DNA of 43,130 nt from the sequence record MK931439.1. The stretch is one strand, 5' to 3'. A model generated the notes under the pieces. The model did not search any database. It was given only the letters and a program-made list of their open reading frames with translations, and was not told the origin of the DNA. This DNA comes from Escherichia phage Sciku. A program made the translations under genes and the position numbers. Positions 17,508 through 27,856 of this stretch are shown here, one piece after another. Numbering within the stretch: position 1 is the stretch's first letter; every line of letters starts with the position of its first letter.

Positions 17508-18908
17508 ATGAGTGATTTGAGATTCCCTATGTCCCTTCGACCAATAGTGTCGAAGGGGTACTCCCAAACGCGAGGGAGTAATATCTGGCGTACAGAAGTG
17601 CAAGGTGGCGTACCGCGACAGGGGCGTGATACATACTTTGAGCCAGTGCCGATTAGCGTTACGCTCGTCGTATCGTCGCTCGGGCGACAGGCGTTCTATA
17701 GCTTCCTGAACAACATAGACGGCGGTGCGTCTTCATTTATCATGCCGCACGATACGGGTTTAGGTCTCGAAGACCACCAGGTACTTATTACGTCGGACAT
17801 TAGCGACAGCACCGACGATGGTAAAAACTGGGTAATTACTTTCACAGCAACCGCGGAGCGGACTGCGATTCAGGAAGATACCTGCCTTACGAAGAATCTA
17901 CCGGATTTGTTCGGTTGTTATGGGGATTGCTTAGGTGGATTCCTTAAAGCATACGGAGCCGCGCAATCAACGTTTCCACGAATTTGGAGCAATGAAGGGC
18001 CTGCCGGATACCCGCCGATTAACCTTCTGGCGTCCACGCTGGATAGCCGTATTGTGTACGACGGACCGCAGGTTTACTACATCAACCGAAACGGCAATCT
18101 TGTGCAGTCCGCCGTCAATGAATGGCCTATTACGTTTATTGATGGGGTCGCTGTTGGGCGTGTGCCGCCGGAGGTTGGTGGTCTAAACCTACTAAAAATG
18201 TCAGAGGACTTATCGGATCCCGTATGGGCAAAAACAAGGACTACTGTTACATACGGCGGAACGCAAGACCCTACCGGCGGAACGGGCGCATCCAAACTAG
18301 TCCCAACAACAACCACTGGTATTCACCACGTTTCACAATTGATAACCCCGGAAGCATCTACGGCATACACCTATTCTGTTTTTGTGAAAGCAAATGGGTA
18401 CAATAATGCTATTGTTCAGATCGGAGTATTTGCTAGTCAGGTGGCAAGTAATCCTGTTTATGTAGACCTATCTACGGGGGTGATAACATCAGCTAATGAC
18501 TATTCAAGATGCGGGATAATAGCAGTAGGTGATGGCTGGTTTAGAGTATGGGTGCGAGTTATTACTAATTCCTCCCCGACAAGTATAAACGCGTCTGTGT
18601 GGGCCTCTGACGCTGCTAACAACACGTCTTTCCCAGGTGATGGTGTTAGTGCTATATCAGTTTTTGGCGCCCAAATGGAGAAATCTAATAATTCATCGTC
18701 GTATGTTAAAACCGAAGAAAATTTAATTACACGCCCCGCGGCATCGGCAAAAGTAACCATGAATGGTGCGGCAAGCATTGACATTACCTATTCCGACGGC
18801 ACTGTGGTAAACGTTCCGTCTGTTGACGGTTACGCCACCATCCCCCAAGCGGATTCTGCGTGGGGTAGCAAATATATCACCCGTATTGATTTTAATGTGG
18901 ACGGTTAA
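17508..18908 (+). CDS. minor tail protein
   Basis: 466 aa ORF immediately after the tape measure. Confidence 0.5.
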   Translation: MSDLRFPMSLRPIVSKGYSQTRGSNIWRTEVQGGVPRQGRDTYFEPVPISVTLVVSSLGRQAFYSFLNNIDGGASSFIMPHDTGLGLEDHQVLITSDISDSTDDGKNWVITFTATAERTAIQEDTCLTKNLPDLFGCYGDCLGGFLKAYGAAQSTFPRIWSNEGPAGYPPINLLASTLDSRIVYDGPQVYYINRNGNLVQSAVNEWPITFIDGVAVGRVPPEVGGLNLLKMSEDLSDPVWAKTRTTVTYGGTQDPTGGTGASKLVPTTTTGIHHVSQLITPEASTAYTYSVFVKANGYNNAIVQIGVFASQVASNPVYVDLSTGVITSANDYSRCGIIAVGDGWFRVWVRVITNSSPTSINASVWASDAANNTSFPGDGVSAISVFGAQMEKSNNSSSYVKTEENLITRPAASAKVTMNGAASIDITYSDGTVVNVPSVDGYATIPQADSAWGSKYITRIDFNVDG

Positions 18909-18911
18909 CTT

Positions 18912-19427
18912 ATGAGTCAGGAATCAGTAGAAGCAGCCTATCGCCGTAAGCTGGCATCAAACCCCGACGGCGAGATTGACTACACGACGCTGGAGATAGT
19001 GCATCCGCTTCTTTCGAAGCGGTATTTACTTGTGCGCGGAACTTCTGACCTGACGGCAACGTTAGAGACCGGAGAAGTAGTTACGTTTGAGGCCACACCA
19101 ATGGAGGCTAAAGGGGCCGCCAACAATAACGACATGGACCAGCGAGCATCGTTCGCATTGCCCGATATTGGAAACCAGTTAGACGATGAGATGGATAGGA
19201 TACCGCCCGATAATACCGTGTTGCCTAAGTTTATATTCCGCCGTTTTGTTAGTACCGATTTGTCTTACCCGGCTGACGGGCCTGTTGTGTATGAGTTGCA
19301 GTCGATAAACCAGGAAAAGGGGCTATTTACCGCCTACGTTGGCGTTCCTATGTTGAACCAAAGGGCCACTGGTGAACTAATGACCCCTTCAGTAATCCCA
19401 TTGTTACGGGGCGTTTTGTCCACATGA
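18912..19427 (+). CDS. minor tail protein
   Basis: 171 aa ORF in the tail-tip cluster. Confidence 0.45.
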   Translation: MSQESVEAAYRRKLASNPDGEIDYTTLEIVHPLLSKRYLLVRGTSDLTATLETGEVVTFEATPMEAKGAANNNDMDQRASFALPDIGNQLDDEMDRIPPDNTVLPKFIFRRFVSTDLSYPADGPVVYELQSINQEKGLFTAYVGVPMLNQRATGELMTPSVIPLLRGVLST

Positions 19428-19789
19428 ATATTAATTCTTATACAGGGTTGCCGTACGACTTTCGCCGTCGTAATTGCTGGCACCATGTCCGTAACGTTCG
19501 TGCGGATGTAGGCCTCTTTACGCCTGAGTTTAACGTCGCTTCGCCAACACAGATTAACGACGCCTTCGAAGAAGGCCATAAAGATACTAAAGGCCTTGTA
19601 CGCGTAGAAACTCCGCAAAACTTCGATGCCGTGCTGATGGCAACACGGCACAGAAACCGTGTAATCTGGCACGCCGGAGTATACTATGACGGTATGGTTA
19701 GTCATTGCGAGCTGGCGAGTCGCCAGGTACGGTTAGACCGTCTGGAAGACTTGCGCGAAACTTATGCGGAGATAGAATTTTGGCGCTGA
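19424..19789 (+). CDS. tail assembly protein with NlpC/P60-like peptidase motifs
   Basis: RRRNCWHHVRNV and HAGVYYDG resemble the Cys and His catalytic regions of NlpC/P60 domains found in lambda K-like proteins. Confidence 0.55.
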   Translation: MNINSYTGLPYDFRRRNCWHHVRNVRADVGLFTPEFNVASPTQINDAFEEGHKDTKGLVRVETPQNFDAVLMATRHRNRVIWHAGVYYDGMVSHCELASRQVRLDRLEDLRETYAEIEFWR

Positions 19790-22335
19790 CATTACATTAC
19801 ACCCGTAACGAAGACGGTACTTTCGACCGCGAACGGCACAACGTACCGCCGATGGAATACGTCGTCGCTAACATCCCCGACGGGGTGCCTGTACGTATTT
19901 ACCGTGGCGAGATCGGCGAGGACACGGAAGTAACTGAAGATTTCGAAGCGCTGAAAGAAGACGATGTTTTCCATATTATCGAAGGCGCTGGTGGCGGTGG
20001 CGGTTTTCTGGGTAAACTCCTGGACCCTTTGGGTGTGCTTAAATTTGTTACCAAGTTGATTTCTCCGTCGCAGAAAACGCCTAAAACGAGTTTAGCGAAC
20101 CAGCAGGCTGAGTCCCCCAACAACAGCCTGACGGACCGAAGCAATAAACCCCGTCCATATGAACGGTCGTATGATATTTGCGGCAGAGTCCAGACTATCC
20201 CTAATGACCTCATGACTACCTATAAAATATTCGATGAATCTGGTCGCATTATTGAATACGGATACTACGATGCCGGTCGTGGGTATCTGGACATCAAGGC
20301 CGAAGATATTACCGACGGCGATACTAAGGTACAGGAGATTACGGGGACCTCTGTCGCGGTGTACGCGCCGTTTACATCCCCCAACAATACAAATACCCCG
20401 CAGCTTCTGGTGGGGGAACCTATCAATCAGAATCTTTATATAACTATCGCGTCTAATGAAGTAGATGGAGCCGTTCTTAAAGCCCAGAACGATATTCGGG
20501 TCAACCCAAGCGACACGGGCCGCGTGAGATATGACTCTGCTACAAAAATTGGATACCTGTATGACGACACGGGGGATTCTGGCTTCGCGGAAATATTATC
20601 TGTTGGTGACACCGCGTCGTTCAATAACTTTGACGTTCCGGACGTAACAAATACCAACGGCAACTTTCGTGTTCTTTATGTCGATAACTTCGAGCTGCGG
20701 GTCGACACCGGCGGCGCGTCTAATTGGGCTGCTTTAGGCTCAACCACCTATTCACTTTCCCAGAGAAGTGACACGTGGGTAGGCCCCGTGGATACGTATG
20801 AAAGAACATTAACCGACTGGACCACCTTAAACCGCCTGGAAGTTGAACGCGTAGTAGCCAACATCGCTGCCGCTAACGGTATGTATAAAGACAACGGCAG
20901 TAAATTGCGTACGTCGGTAACTATTGAACTCCAATACCAACTACTCGATGAAACCGGTGCCCCATACGGGAGTATCTATTCAAAACAGGCCGTTATATCT
21001 GGTCGGTCCGCCGACTACACCGGAGTTACTATTTACGCCGACTTGCCCATGAGGTCGAAAGTTAGGGTACGTGCCCGTCGTGTTACCAACCTGGACCTTG
21101 ATTTCGAGGGCACCGTGGTAGACGAGGTTTCCTATATCAACCTTTACGGTCAGGTCCGTGACACTACGCCACATTACGGCAATCGTACCACCGTACACTC
21201 GGCACGTAAGCAGACGCCGCGGGCCGCAGAGATTAAGCAACCACAGTTACGTATGGTCGCCACAGAGATGGTGTACAAATACCTCGGTAATGGTGTATTC
21301 GACACCGTAATGACACCGAATACTCAGGCCATTCAATCATTAATACGTCTCGCCCGTGACCCGGTAGTAGGTAATCTCAACCTAACAACATCCAATATGG
21401 ACAAGTTGTTAGCGACTCAAACCGAAATAGAAAACTATTTCGGTAACGTTGAGGCTGGGCAATTCTGCTACACTTTTGACGACTATAAAATGACCATGCA
21501 GGATATCATCAGCACAATAGCCGATGCTATTTTCTGCACTCCATATCGTAAAGGGCAAGACATATTACTGGATTTCGAGCGCCCGCGTATGGGGCCGGAA
21601 ATGGTATTCACACATCGAAGTAAGACAACAGCTTCGGAAAAGTGGACGCGCACATTCAACGACGCTCAGGTATACGATAGTCTTAAGTTCTCCTACATCG
21701 ACCCAGATACTAACGTAAAAGAGACCATCAGCATTCCCGCCGAGGGCGGTGTTAACACAGAAACGTATGACTCTAAAGGTATACGTAATTATCGTCAGGC
21801 GTACTGGGCGGCGTACCGTCGGTACCAGAAGAACCTGTTGAAGAAGGTGACGGTATCATTCACGGCGACAGAAGAAGGGGTTTTTGTGCTTCCAGGACGG
21901 GCAATAAGCGTAGTTAAAGGTTCACGCGTAGCACCCCAAGACGGTTATGTTATTGCGGTTAATGGCCTTACCCTGACGCTATCACAGCCTGTTACGTTTA
22001 CCCCAGGAGATGACCACTCCATCATCCTCAAGAAGCGAGACGGAGGAGTTCAAAGTGTTGCCGTTGTGCCGGGAAGCCACGACCGTGAAGTGGTTATGCT
22101 ATCTGCGCCACAGGAAGCAATCTACACGGGGAATAGTGCGCTAAAAACTGAGTTTTCATTCGGCAACGAAGCAAGGCATAATGCTCAGATGATTCTTGTT
22201 TCCACAGTTGACCCCGGAGATGACAGAACAGTCAAGATTACGGGTTACAACTATGACGACGGATTCTATAAATACGATGGCGTCGCGCCATACGGCAGCG
22301 GTTTCTCCGACGGATTCAGCAATGGTTTTAATTAA
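19780..22335 (+). CDS. tail tip / host specificity protein (J-like)
   Basis: about 850 aa ORF after the NlpC/P60 gene; start set at in-frame TTG 19780 preceded by GGAGA (uncertain; the track ORF opens at 19705). Confidence 0.55.
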   Translation: MALTLHYTRNEDGTFDRERHNVPPMEYVVANIPDGVPVRIYRGEIGEDTEVTEDFEALKEDDVFHIIEGAGGGGGFLGKLLDPLGVLKFVTKLISPSQKTPKTSLANQQAESPNNSLTDRSNKPRPYERSYDICGRVQTIPNDLMTTYKIFDESGRIIEYGYYDAGRGYLDIKAEDITDGDTKVQEITGTSVAVYAPFTSPNNTNTPQLLVGEPINQNLYITIASNEVDGAVLKAQNDIRVNPSDTGRVRYDSATKIGYLYDDTGDSGFAEILSVGDTASFNNFDVPDVTNTNGNFRVLYVDNFELRVDTGGASNWAALGSTTYSLSQRSDTWVGPVDTYERTLTDWTTLNRLEVERVVANIAAANGMYKDNGSKLRTSVTIELQYQLLDETGAPYGSIYSKQAVISGRSADYTGVTIYADLPMRSKVRVRARRVTNLDLDFEGTVVDEVSYINLYGQVRDTTPHYGNRTTVHSARKQTPRAAEIKQPQLRMVATEMVYKYLGNGVFDTVMTPNTQAIQSLIRLARDPVVGNLNLTTSNMDKLLATQTEIENYFGNVEAGQFCYTFDDYKMTMQDIISTIADAIFCTPYRKGQDILLDFERPRMGPEMVFTHRSKTTASEKWTRTFNDAQVYDSLKFSYIDPDTNVKETISIPAEGGVNTETYDSKGIRNYRQAYWAAYRRYQKNLLKKVTVSFTATEEGVFVLPGRAISVVKGSRVAPQDGYVIAVNGLTLTLSQPVTFTPGDDHSIILKKRDGGVQSVAVVPGSHDREVVMLSAPQEAIYTGNSALKTEFSFGNEARHNAQMILVSTVDPGDDRTVKITGYNYDDGFYKYDGVAPYGSGFSDGFSNGFN

Positions 22336-22347
22336 AGAGGACTCTAT

Positions 22348-24720
22348 ATGTCAAGCGGATGCGGTGACGTTTTAAGCCTGGCGGATTTACAAACCGCCAA
22401 GAAGCACCAGATTTTTGAAGTTGAGGTTATCACTGGTAAATCCGGCGGTGTCGCCAGTGGTGCGGATATCGATTATGCGACCAACGCGGTTACTGGTCAG
22501 ATGCAGAAGACTCTCCCCGCCGTGTTGCGAGATGCGGGGTTCTTCCCGGCATCTTTTGATTTCACTACCGGCGGGACATTATCGACTACAGACCGCAATA
22601 AGGTCGTTTATGACCCAGTAAGCATGGCCTGGTATTCATGGGGTGGTTCTTTACCAAAGGTCGTCCCCGCGGAAACTAACCCGTTACTGGACACAAATTG
22701 GAAACCGCAAACAGACCCGAATCTACGCAATGACCTTGAAAATGGCATGTACAGAACGGACGCAACCGCCGTTAAATATGTCCCTGGGGTGGTTATAGAT
22801 AGCACAACAGATAACCGGGCCGCATTGTATGCATTCCCTGGCAAAGTTTATATCCCAAAAGACGTCCAGCTACGCTGTAATTTCCTGCCAGATGATGATG
22901 TAACAAAATTTACTGGTGAAGGAAAAATTCTCACGCGCGACCCATGGGGTAACGAGCACATTTTCGACGTTTCACTGGCAACTCATGGGAGCAAATACAC
23001 TGCATTCAACGTAATAAACCAGTTCGCTCGCCGCAATACGCTATGTCGTGTTGGTATCGTTGGTGACTCAATCACAGACGGTGCATACGGAACCGGATGG
23101 GTAGCCAACCCAACGGATTCAAACGGGGACCTGTCCTCGACTAATTATGACCACAATAGCAATGGTGGCGCAGGCTCCTGGTTCCGTACCTTCACGGACT
23201 GGCTTAACCGATTTACAAAAAATGGTGCTTTCATCTTTAAAGCAGAAAACTGCGCATCTTCTGGAAAGCGACTTATTGACGGGTGGGCTAATCGTAATTT
23301 CGACCATGGCTTTTTCAAAAACACTGCATACGGGAATGTTCCACCGGATGTCTGCTTTATGTCTATGGGCGTTAACGATAACGGCCTACTGAATACGTTA
23401 GGGTTCGATCAGTACTTATTCCGTTTTGAGCAGTTTATCCGTAAAGCATGGGGCTATGGATGTGCTGTCTGCGTTGTTTCAATGAACCAGAATGGCTCAC
23501 AATGGGCGGCTCTCGAGGCATCAATCAAGAAGCATATTGAACGCCTGTTCCCCGCGGTAGAGTTCCTCGATCTCTCTCAGGCAGTAACTGAGATGTACAG
23601 AGATGTCGGTAGCTACACCTTAGAAGAAATTTGCCGTCGTCCTACCAATGGCTCTTTCGACTACACGCACTTTGCGCCCCTTGGTCACCAATATATTGGC
23701 GCTTATGCCGCGACCAAGGTTATGCCTTATCGCGTCCATAAGGCCACAAAAGGGAATAATTTCCTGCCGGTGTCGCCTAACGATATCCAACCATTCGGGT
23801 ACCCTTCCGGCAGTACATATGACGTTTCTATGGAGCGACTTAGCGGAAATTCATACCTGAATGGGCTTACCGGATGGGGCGTGGTTAAGCCCGCTACTGA
23901 AAATTTAACCATACGATATTTTGTCTGGTGTGATACTTCTGACATATCAATGGTTATTTTTGAACCATATAACCCTACTTACATTGGTTCCAGGCGCGCA
24001 AATACTGTATCAATACGCCAACAAGATACCCGTAATACAGCATATAGCTCCGGTAATATCGCGAGTAATGGCGTCTCATCGTTTACGAACAAACTCACCA
24101 CACGAACTGGAATCCTTAGAAAAGGACTGAATCAGATTGAGATTGTTTACGATGGTACGCCGTCGAAAGTATACCCTCCCGCTCTGTTATTCAGAGGAGA
24201 GCTGAACGAATCATGTTCTCAGAACGCCTCTGTATACTTGGCTGCAAATGCGATAAAGGGTGTTTACGGGCAGGTAATAGATAAAGCAGATCTCTTATTA
24301 GCGTATGGTGCAGAAACAGCAAATGATGAAGCGCCGGATATGTACGGCGCTACTAAGTCATCAAATGTTCAAAATGTTGTCCTGTCAGCTTTGCCCGTTG
24401 GTTGTGGTGTTGTTTTTTACTACAAACCCACGTCACGAAGTGGAGTTGTCGCCAAGAGAGTGGCGACTGGCATCGAGATCTCGACGATGCTTTTTGGCGC
24501 ACTTACTGTTATCGGCACCTTGACTTGCGATGTGACCGGCGAAGTCATGCTCACAGCCGGCCTGGCACCTTCAGTACCTACAATAACAGTTAAACCCACT
24601 ACCGGCGGCACTGTTCAACAAGCTGTTACTGGTCACTCTGGCGGCAAGATAGCCCTGATTAACAAGGGGGCTTCCGGTAACACAATAACGGTTAAATCTT
24701 CATCTCAATTCGTCATTTAA
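22348..24720 (+). CDS. tail fibre / tailspike with SGNH-hydrolase (esterase) domain
   Basis: 790 aa; SGNH block I GIVGDSITDGAYG and block V DYTHFAPLGH in the central region; last structural gene, followed by a terminator. Confidence 0.65.
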   Translation: MSSGCGDVLSLADLQTAKKHQIFEVEVITGKSGGVASGADIDYATNAVTGQMQKTLPAVLRDAGFFPASFDFTTGGTLSTTDRNKVVYDPVSMAWYSWGGSLPKVVPAETNPLLDTNWKPQTDPNLRNDLENGMYRTDATAVKYVPGVVIDSTTDNRAALYAFPGKVYIPKDVQLRCNFLPDDDVTKFTGEGKILTRDPWGNEHIFDVSLATHGSKYTAFNVINQFARRNTLCRVGIVGDSITDGAYGTGWVANPTDSNGDLSSTNYDHNSNGGAGSWFRTFTDWLNRFTKNGAFIFKAENCASSGKRLIDGWANRNFDHGFFKNTAYGNVPPDVCFMSMGVNDNGLLNTLGFDQYLFRFEQFIRKAWGYGCAVCVVSMNQNGSQWAALEASIKKHIERLFPAVEFLDLSQAVTEMYRDVGSYTLEEICRRPTNGSFDYTHFAPLGHQYIGAYAATKVMPYRVHKATKGNNFLPVSPNDIQPFGYPSGSTYDVSMERLSGNSYLNGLTGWGVVKPATENLTIRYFVWCDTSDISMVIFEPYNPTYIGSRRANTVSIRQQDTRNTAYSSGNIASNGVSSFTNKLTTRTGILRKGLNQIEIVYDGTPSKVYPPALLFRGELNESCSQNASVYLAANAIKGVYGQVIDKADLLLAYGAETANDEAPDMYGATKSSNVQNVVLSALPVGCGVVFYYKPTSRSGVVAKRVATGIEISTMLFGALTVIGTLTCDVTGEVMLTAGLAPSVPTITVKPTTGGTVQQAVTGHSGGKIALINKGASGNTITVKSSSQFVI

Positions 24721-24724
24721 ATAC

Positions 24725-24750
24725 AAAAGGCCCCTTTCGGGGCCTTTTCT
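24725..24750. terminator. bidirectional rho-independent terminator
   Basis: AAAAGGCCCC-TTTC-GGGGCCTTTT hairpin between convergent structural and replication blocks. Confidence 0.7.
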
Positions 24751-24888
24751 CTACTCTTCGGATAACTTCTCCAGTACAAACGCCAGTTGCGCATTAGCGG
24801 CGTCTCTCTGTTGCCGTAGTCGTAGAACCTCTTCTTCGAGTTCCTCGATACGTTTTTGCAATGCCGGAATTGGGGCTATGATGTTCAT
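24751..24888 (-). CDS. small coiled-coil hypothetical protein
   Basis: 45 aa ORF whose ATG overlaps the helicase stop (ATGA); heptad-like IEELEEEVLRLRQQ. Confidence 0.3.
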   Translation of the reverse strand: MNIIAPIPALQKRIEELEEEVLRLRQQRDAANAQLAFVLEKLSEE

Positions 24889-27350
24889 TTCTTACCTCGT
24901 CTCTTCATGTAATTAAGCAATTCTTCCTGTACAGATTTCTTCTCGTCGGTGCGCGCGGCAACAACCTCATCCAGCGTGTCTTTAGCGACGATGTGATAGA
25001 GGAACACCGGGCGCTCGTGTCCAGCCTGTTTCTGACGAACAGGGCCTATGCGCTCGACAACCTGCAAATAGTGCTCGAGGTTCCATCCCTGACTTATAAA
25101 CGCCAGATGATGCCCTCCATCCTGTAAATTCAAACCATGGCCGGCTGACGCGGGATGAACACATAAGATTTCGATTTCACCACGGTTCCACGCTTCCATC
25201 TGCTTATTACCCTTAGCTCCTTTGGCAAACGCCTTAGCCTGCGGGAATCGCTTAAGTATGCGCTCCAGTTCGTGTTTAAACTGATAGGCCACCAGTAACG
25301 GCGCGCCCTGCAACTCCTCAACAATGGACTCCAGTGCGTCCAGTTTCGTGTCATGCACTTTCTCCCAGTCTTTCGTTGCTTCGCCATCTGGCCCTGATAC
25401 ATACACGGCACCGGACGCAATCTGGAGACACTTTGATGTCTTCGCTGCCGCGTTAGCGGCTTCAACTTCCCCGCTCTCGAGTTCCGCAAATAACTTCTCC
25501 TCCATATCGATGTACGCCTGACGCGCTTTCTTCGGCAGGTCTATTTCAACAGGAACGATAATCGGCGCTTCGCAACCGAACCACTCTGCAGCATCGATAG
25601 TGAGACTGATATCCTTCATCTTCTGATGAATCTCGGTATCCGCGCCCGGGCGAGCGTGATACTCACGCGCCATAGCCGATTTGCCTTTCTGTATCGAATT
25701 AAACCAGCGGTCGGTAAACGCCGTATACGAAGAACCAAGTCGCTCGCCTGCGTCTATAAACCAGTTCTGCCCCCACAAGTCTTTGAGGCCGTTTGGTGAC
25801 GGCGTACCGGTCAGGTTGATAAAACGCTTAACCTTACCAAACGCCACTTTACTAAGCGCCTTTGCTCGCTTGCTGCCACCAGAACGGCTGCGGAACGATT
25901 TAAGCTTCGTGCTCTCGTCGGCAACGATAACTGTGAAAGGCCAGTCGTCTTTGCCGTAGTAGTCAATCAGCCACTCGATAACTTCGTAGTTAGTGCACAC
26001 CACGTTAGCGTCGGACTCAAGCGCCGTGATGCGGCGCTTCTCCGAACCGGTCGCATCTACTACACGCAGGCACGGGAAACCCCAACGTGCCTGTTCCGCG
26101 GGCCACGTGCCAGACGCAACACGCAACGGGGCGAGGATTAACACGCGGTCGTCGTCATTAAGTTGCCCATTACGGAACAGGCGGTTGAGAACCCACAACG
26201 TTGAGCTTGTATTGTGCGTGACAGTGAAGTCCCCCAATAAAAACCTACTGTCACCGTCGATAGTGAAGCCGAAATAATCATCTACGCCGACCGGGGTTAT
26301 GGATTCTATACCAACGTTAAGCACGTTCTTATTAATATTACGCTTCGGTAAATTCTGGTGGCGTCCTCGCACGAAAGGTACCTCAGAAAAATCGCCAGAT
26401 ACCGACACACGGAAGTAGTCACCCCAAACATCAGTGTTTGCGCAACGCTTACGAGTTTTCTTCTTGTAAGCAGCAAAACCAAGAGAACGGCATAGATAGC
26501 AAAAATCATCAGCAAGTCGCTCGCTTACCGAAATCCAGTCAAAACCCGCTTTAGACAAATCGCAGTAACCATCACTATCCAGAAGCCCCGCCAGCAATTC
26601 TAACCGCTGTCGCCGGTCGCCGCATTTGTAACTATGCGGTATATGCTTATTGTTCAGGACACCCGCCGATTTCAGCGCGTGCGTAAACCCGTGCTTCTTA
26701 TGACCTGTGTTGCCGTAAGATATACTCCATGTAAGTCCTTCTTTTCGTATTTGCATCCCATTACGTGCTGCGTACGACTCAAGATAAGCCCTTATTTCCT
26801 TTTCGTTCTCTCCTGATGTTATGGCCCCCGACGACGAAGTACCGTCACCCAGCCATAACCCCATAAGGTACGGAGGCAATAAAGCCTCGTCCTGCTCTTT
26901 CCTTGTAAAATCGACAGGTACCCGCCAACCCTTAAGATACCCATTAGGTCCGGTTACATATTTCGGCAACTTAAGCCAGTCGCGGACGCTTATGTCGAAA
27001 ACGGTATTATCTGGCCATGAACCTTTTGCAATCCCTGTAGTAGTTCGCAGGGATAATATATGGCTTTCGTTGACCGTATACGACTCTCCTTTTCGCGGTT
27101 TAACCTCGTACATCATCTCCCGGCCTCTACCGAGAGACAGTACATTTCTAGGCGTTGAATCCGGCCCCATAAGCACGTCACCGACGATGACGTCTTCTAC
27201 TTTCTTGGTCGTACCGTCAAACATAATAACTTCCGTCCCGCGTTTCAGGCACTTGCCGCTGCCCATACTAGCCCAGATATTGCAACGTGGGTGCTGTAAC
27301 ATAAACGACGTCATTATTTTCTGGTATTCCCTGCGCCTAAATTTACTCAT
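24885..27350 (-). CDS. SNF2-family helicase precursor containing an intein
   Basis: motif I ASMGSGK|T interrupted after Lys33 by a 347-aa insert; C-terminal helicase region with GHGLNLQ; mature protein predicted 474 aa. Confidence 0.8.
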   Translation of the reverse strand: MSKFRRREYQKIMTSFMLQHPRCNIWASMGSGKCLKRGTEVIMFDGTTKKVEDVIVGDVLMGPDSTPRNVLSLGRGREMMYEVKPRKGESYTVNESHILSLRTTTGIAKGSWPDNTVFDISVRDWLKLPKYVTGPNGYLKGWRVPVDFTRKEQDEALLPPYLMGLWLGDGTSSSGAITSGENEKEIRAYLESYAARNGMQIRKEGLTWSISYGNTGHKKHGFTHALKSAGVLNNKHIPHSYKCGDRRQRLELLAGLLDSDGYCDLSKAGFDWISVSERLADDFCYLCRSLGFAAYKKKTRKRCANTDVWGDYFRVSVSGDFSEVPFVRGRHQNLPKRNINKNVLNVGIESITPVGVDDYFGFTIDGDSRFLLGDFTVTHNTSSTLWVLNRLFRNGQLNDDDRVLILAPLRVASGTWPAEQARWGFPCLRVVDATGSEKRRITALESDANVVCTNYEVIEWLIDYYGKDDWPFTVIVADESTKLKSFRSRSGGSKRAKALSKVAFGKVKRFINLTGTPSPNGLKDLWGQNWFIDAGERLGSSYTAFTDRWFNSIQKGKSAMAREYHARPGADTEIHQKMKDISLTIDAAEWFGCEAPIIVPVEIDLPKKARQAYIDMEEKLFAELESGEVEAANAAAKTSKCLQIASGAVYVSGPDGEATKDWEKVHDTKLDALESIVEELQGAPLLVAYQFKHELERILKRFPQAKAFAKGAKGNKQMEAWNRGEIEILCVHPASAGHGLNLQDGGHHLAFISQGWNLEHYLQVVERIGPVRQKQAGHERPVFLYHIVAKDTLDEVVAARTDEKKSVQEELLNYMKRRGKK
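26211..27251 (-). mobile_element. intein with LAGLIDADG homing-endonuclease domain
   Basis: begins with Cys (TGC at 27251-27249), ends His-Asn (26216-26211) before Thr +1; two LAGLIDADG motifs YLMGLWLGDGT and LLAGLLDSDGY; in frame, 1041 nt. Confidence 0.8.
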
Positions 27351-27538
27351 TTCAGCACCAGCACCAGCTCTTTACGCCCGAACGCCGTAACGTTACCTGT
27401 TACATCTTCAATAACCAGTTTACCGTTAGACTCGACGAACACCGTATCAACGGCAACAGGGCGACGGGTCTTAACGTTGAAAATCATATCGCCTGGTACG
27501 ATGTCACGTGCTGGTTTGCGGTCATATTCGTGTTTCAT
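27347..27538 (-). CDS. hypothetical protein
   Basis: 63 aa ORF whose stop overlaps the helicase ATG. Confidence 0.4.
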   Translation of the reverse strand: MKHEYDRKPARDIVPGDMIFNVKTRRPVAVDTVFVESNGKLVIEDVTGNVTAFGRKELVLVLK

Positions 27539-27568
27539 TTCTCAATTCCTTATATTGTTGGTGTAGGG

Positions 27569-27856
27569 CTAACTATAATAGTTCGCTATTAGGTCGTCAA
27601 CCTGTTTAAACGAACCAACGACAAAAACATTTGCACCACGTTTACGCATCCGCTCGTGCTCTCGTAGCTGGTGGGGGTCCGGCTTCGTGTTTTCATCTTT
27701 CTTAACCTCGACGAACCAGATGACGCTGCCGGGGAGGATTACCAGCAGGTCAGGGGCGCCCACTCTATTTTCGTACGACAATTTGCGTACGAGGCCCCCC
27801 AGGGCCTCGAATCGGTCTTTTGCGTATTTCTGAACAACTCCTTCTTTAGTCGCCAT
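27569..27856 (-). CDS. VRR-NUC domain nuclease
   Basis: 95 aa with PD-(D/E)xK-like core GAPDLLVILPG...FVEVKK typical of VRR-NUC. Confidence 0.6.
   Translation of the reverse strand: MATKEGVVQKYAKDRFEALGGLVRKLSYENRVGAPDLLVILPGSVIWFVEVKKDENTKPDPHQLREHERMRKRGANVFVVGSFKQVDDLIANYYS
27572..27600 (-). promoter_or_regulatory. sigma70-like promoter with AATAG-N4-CTATT operator (type A)
   Basis: minus strand: -35 TTGACG (27600-27595), 17-nt spacer, -10 TATAGT (27577-27572); palindrome AATAGttcgCTATT 27577-27590. Confidence 0.5.
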
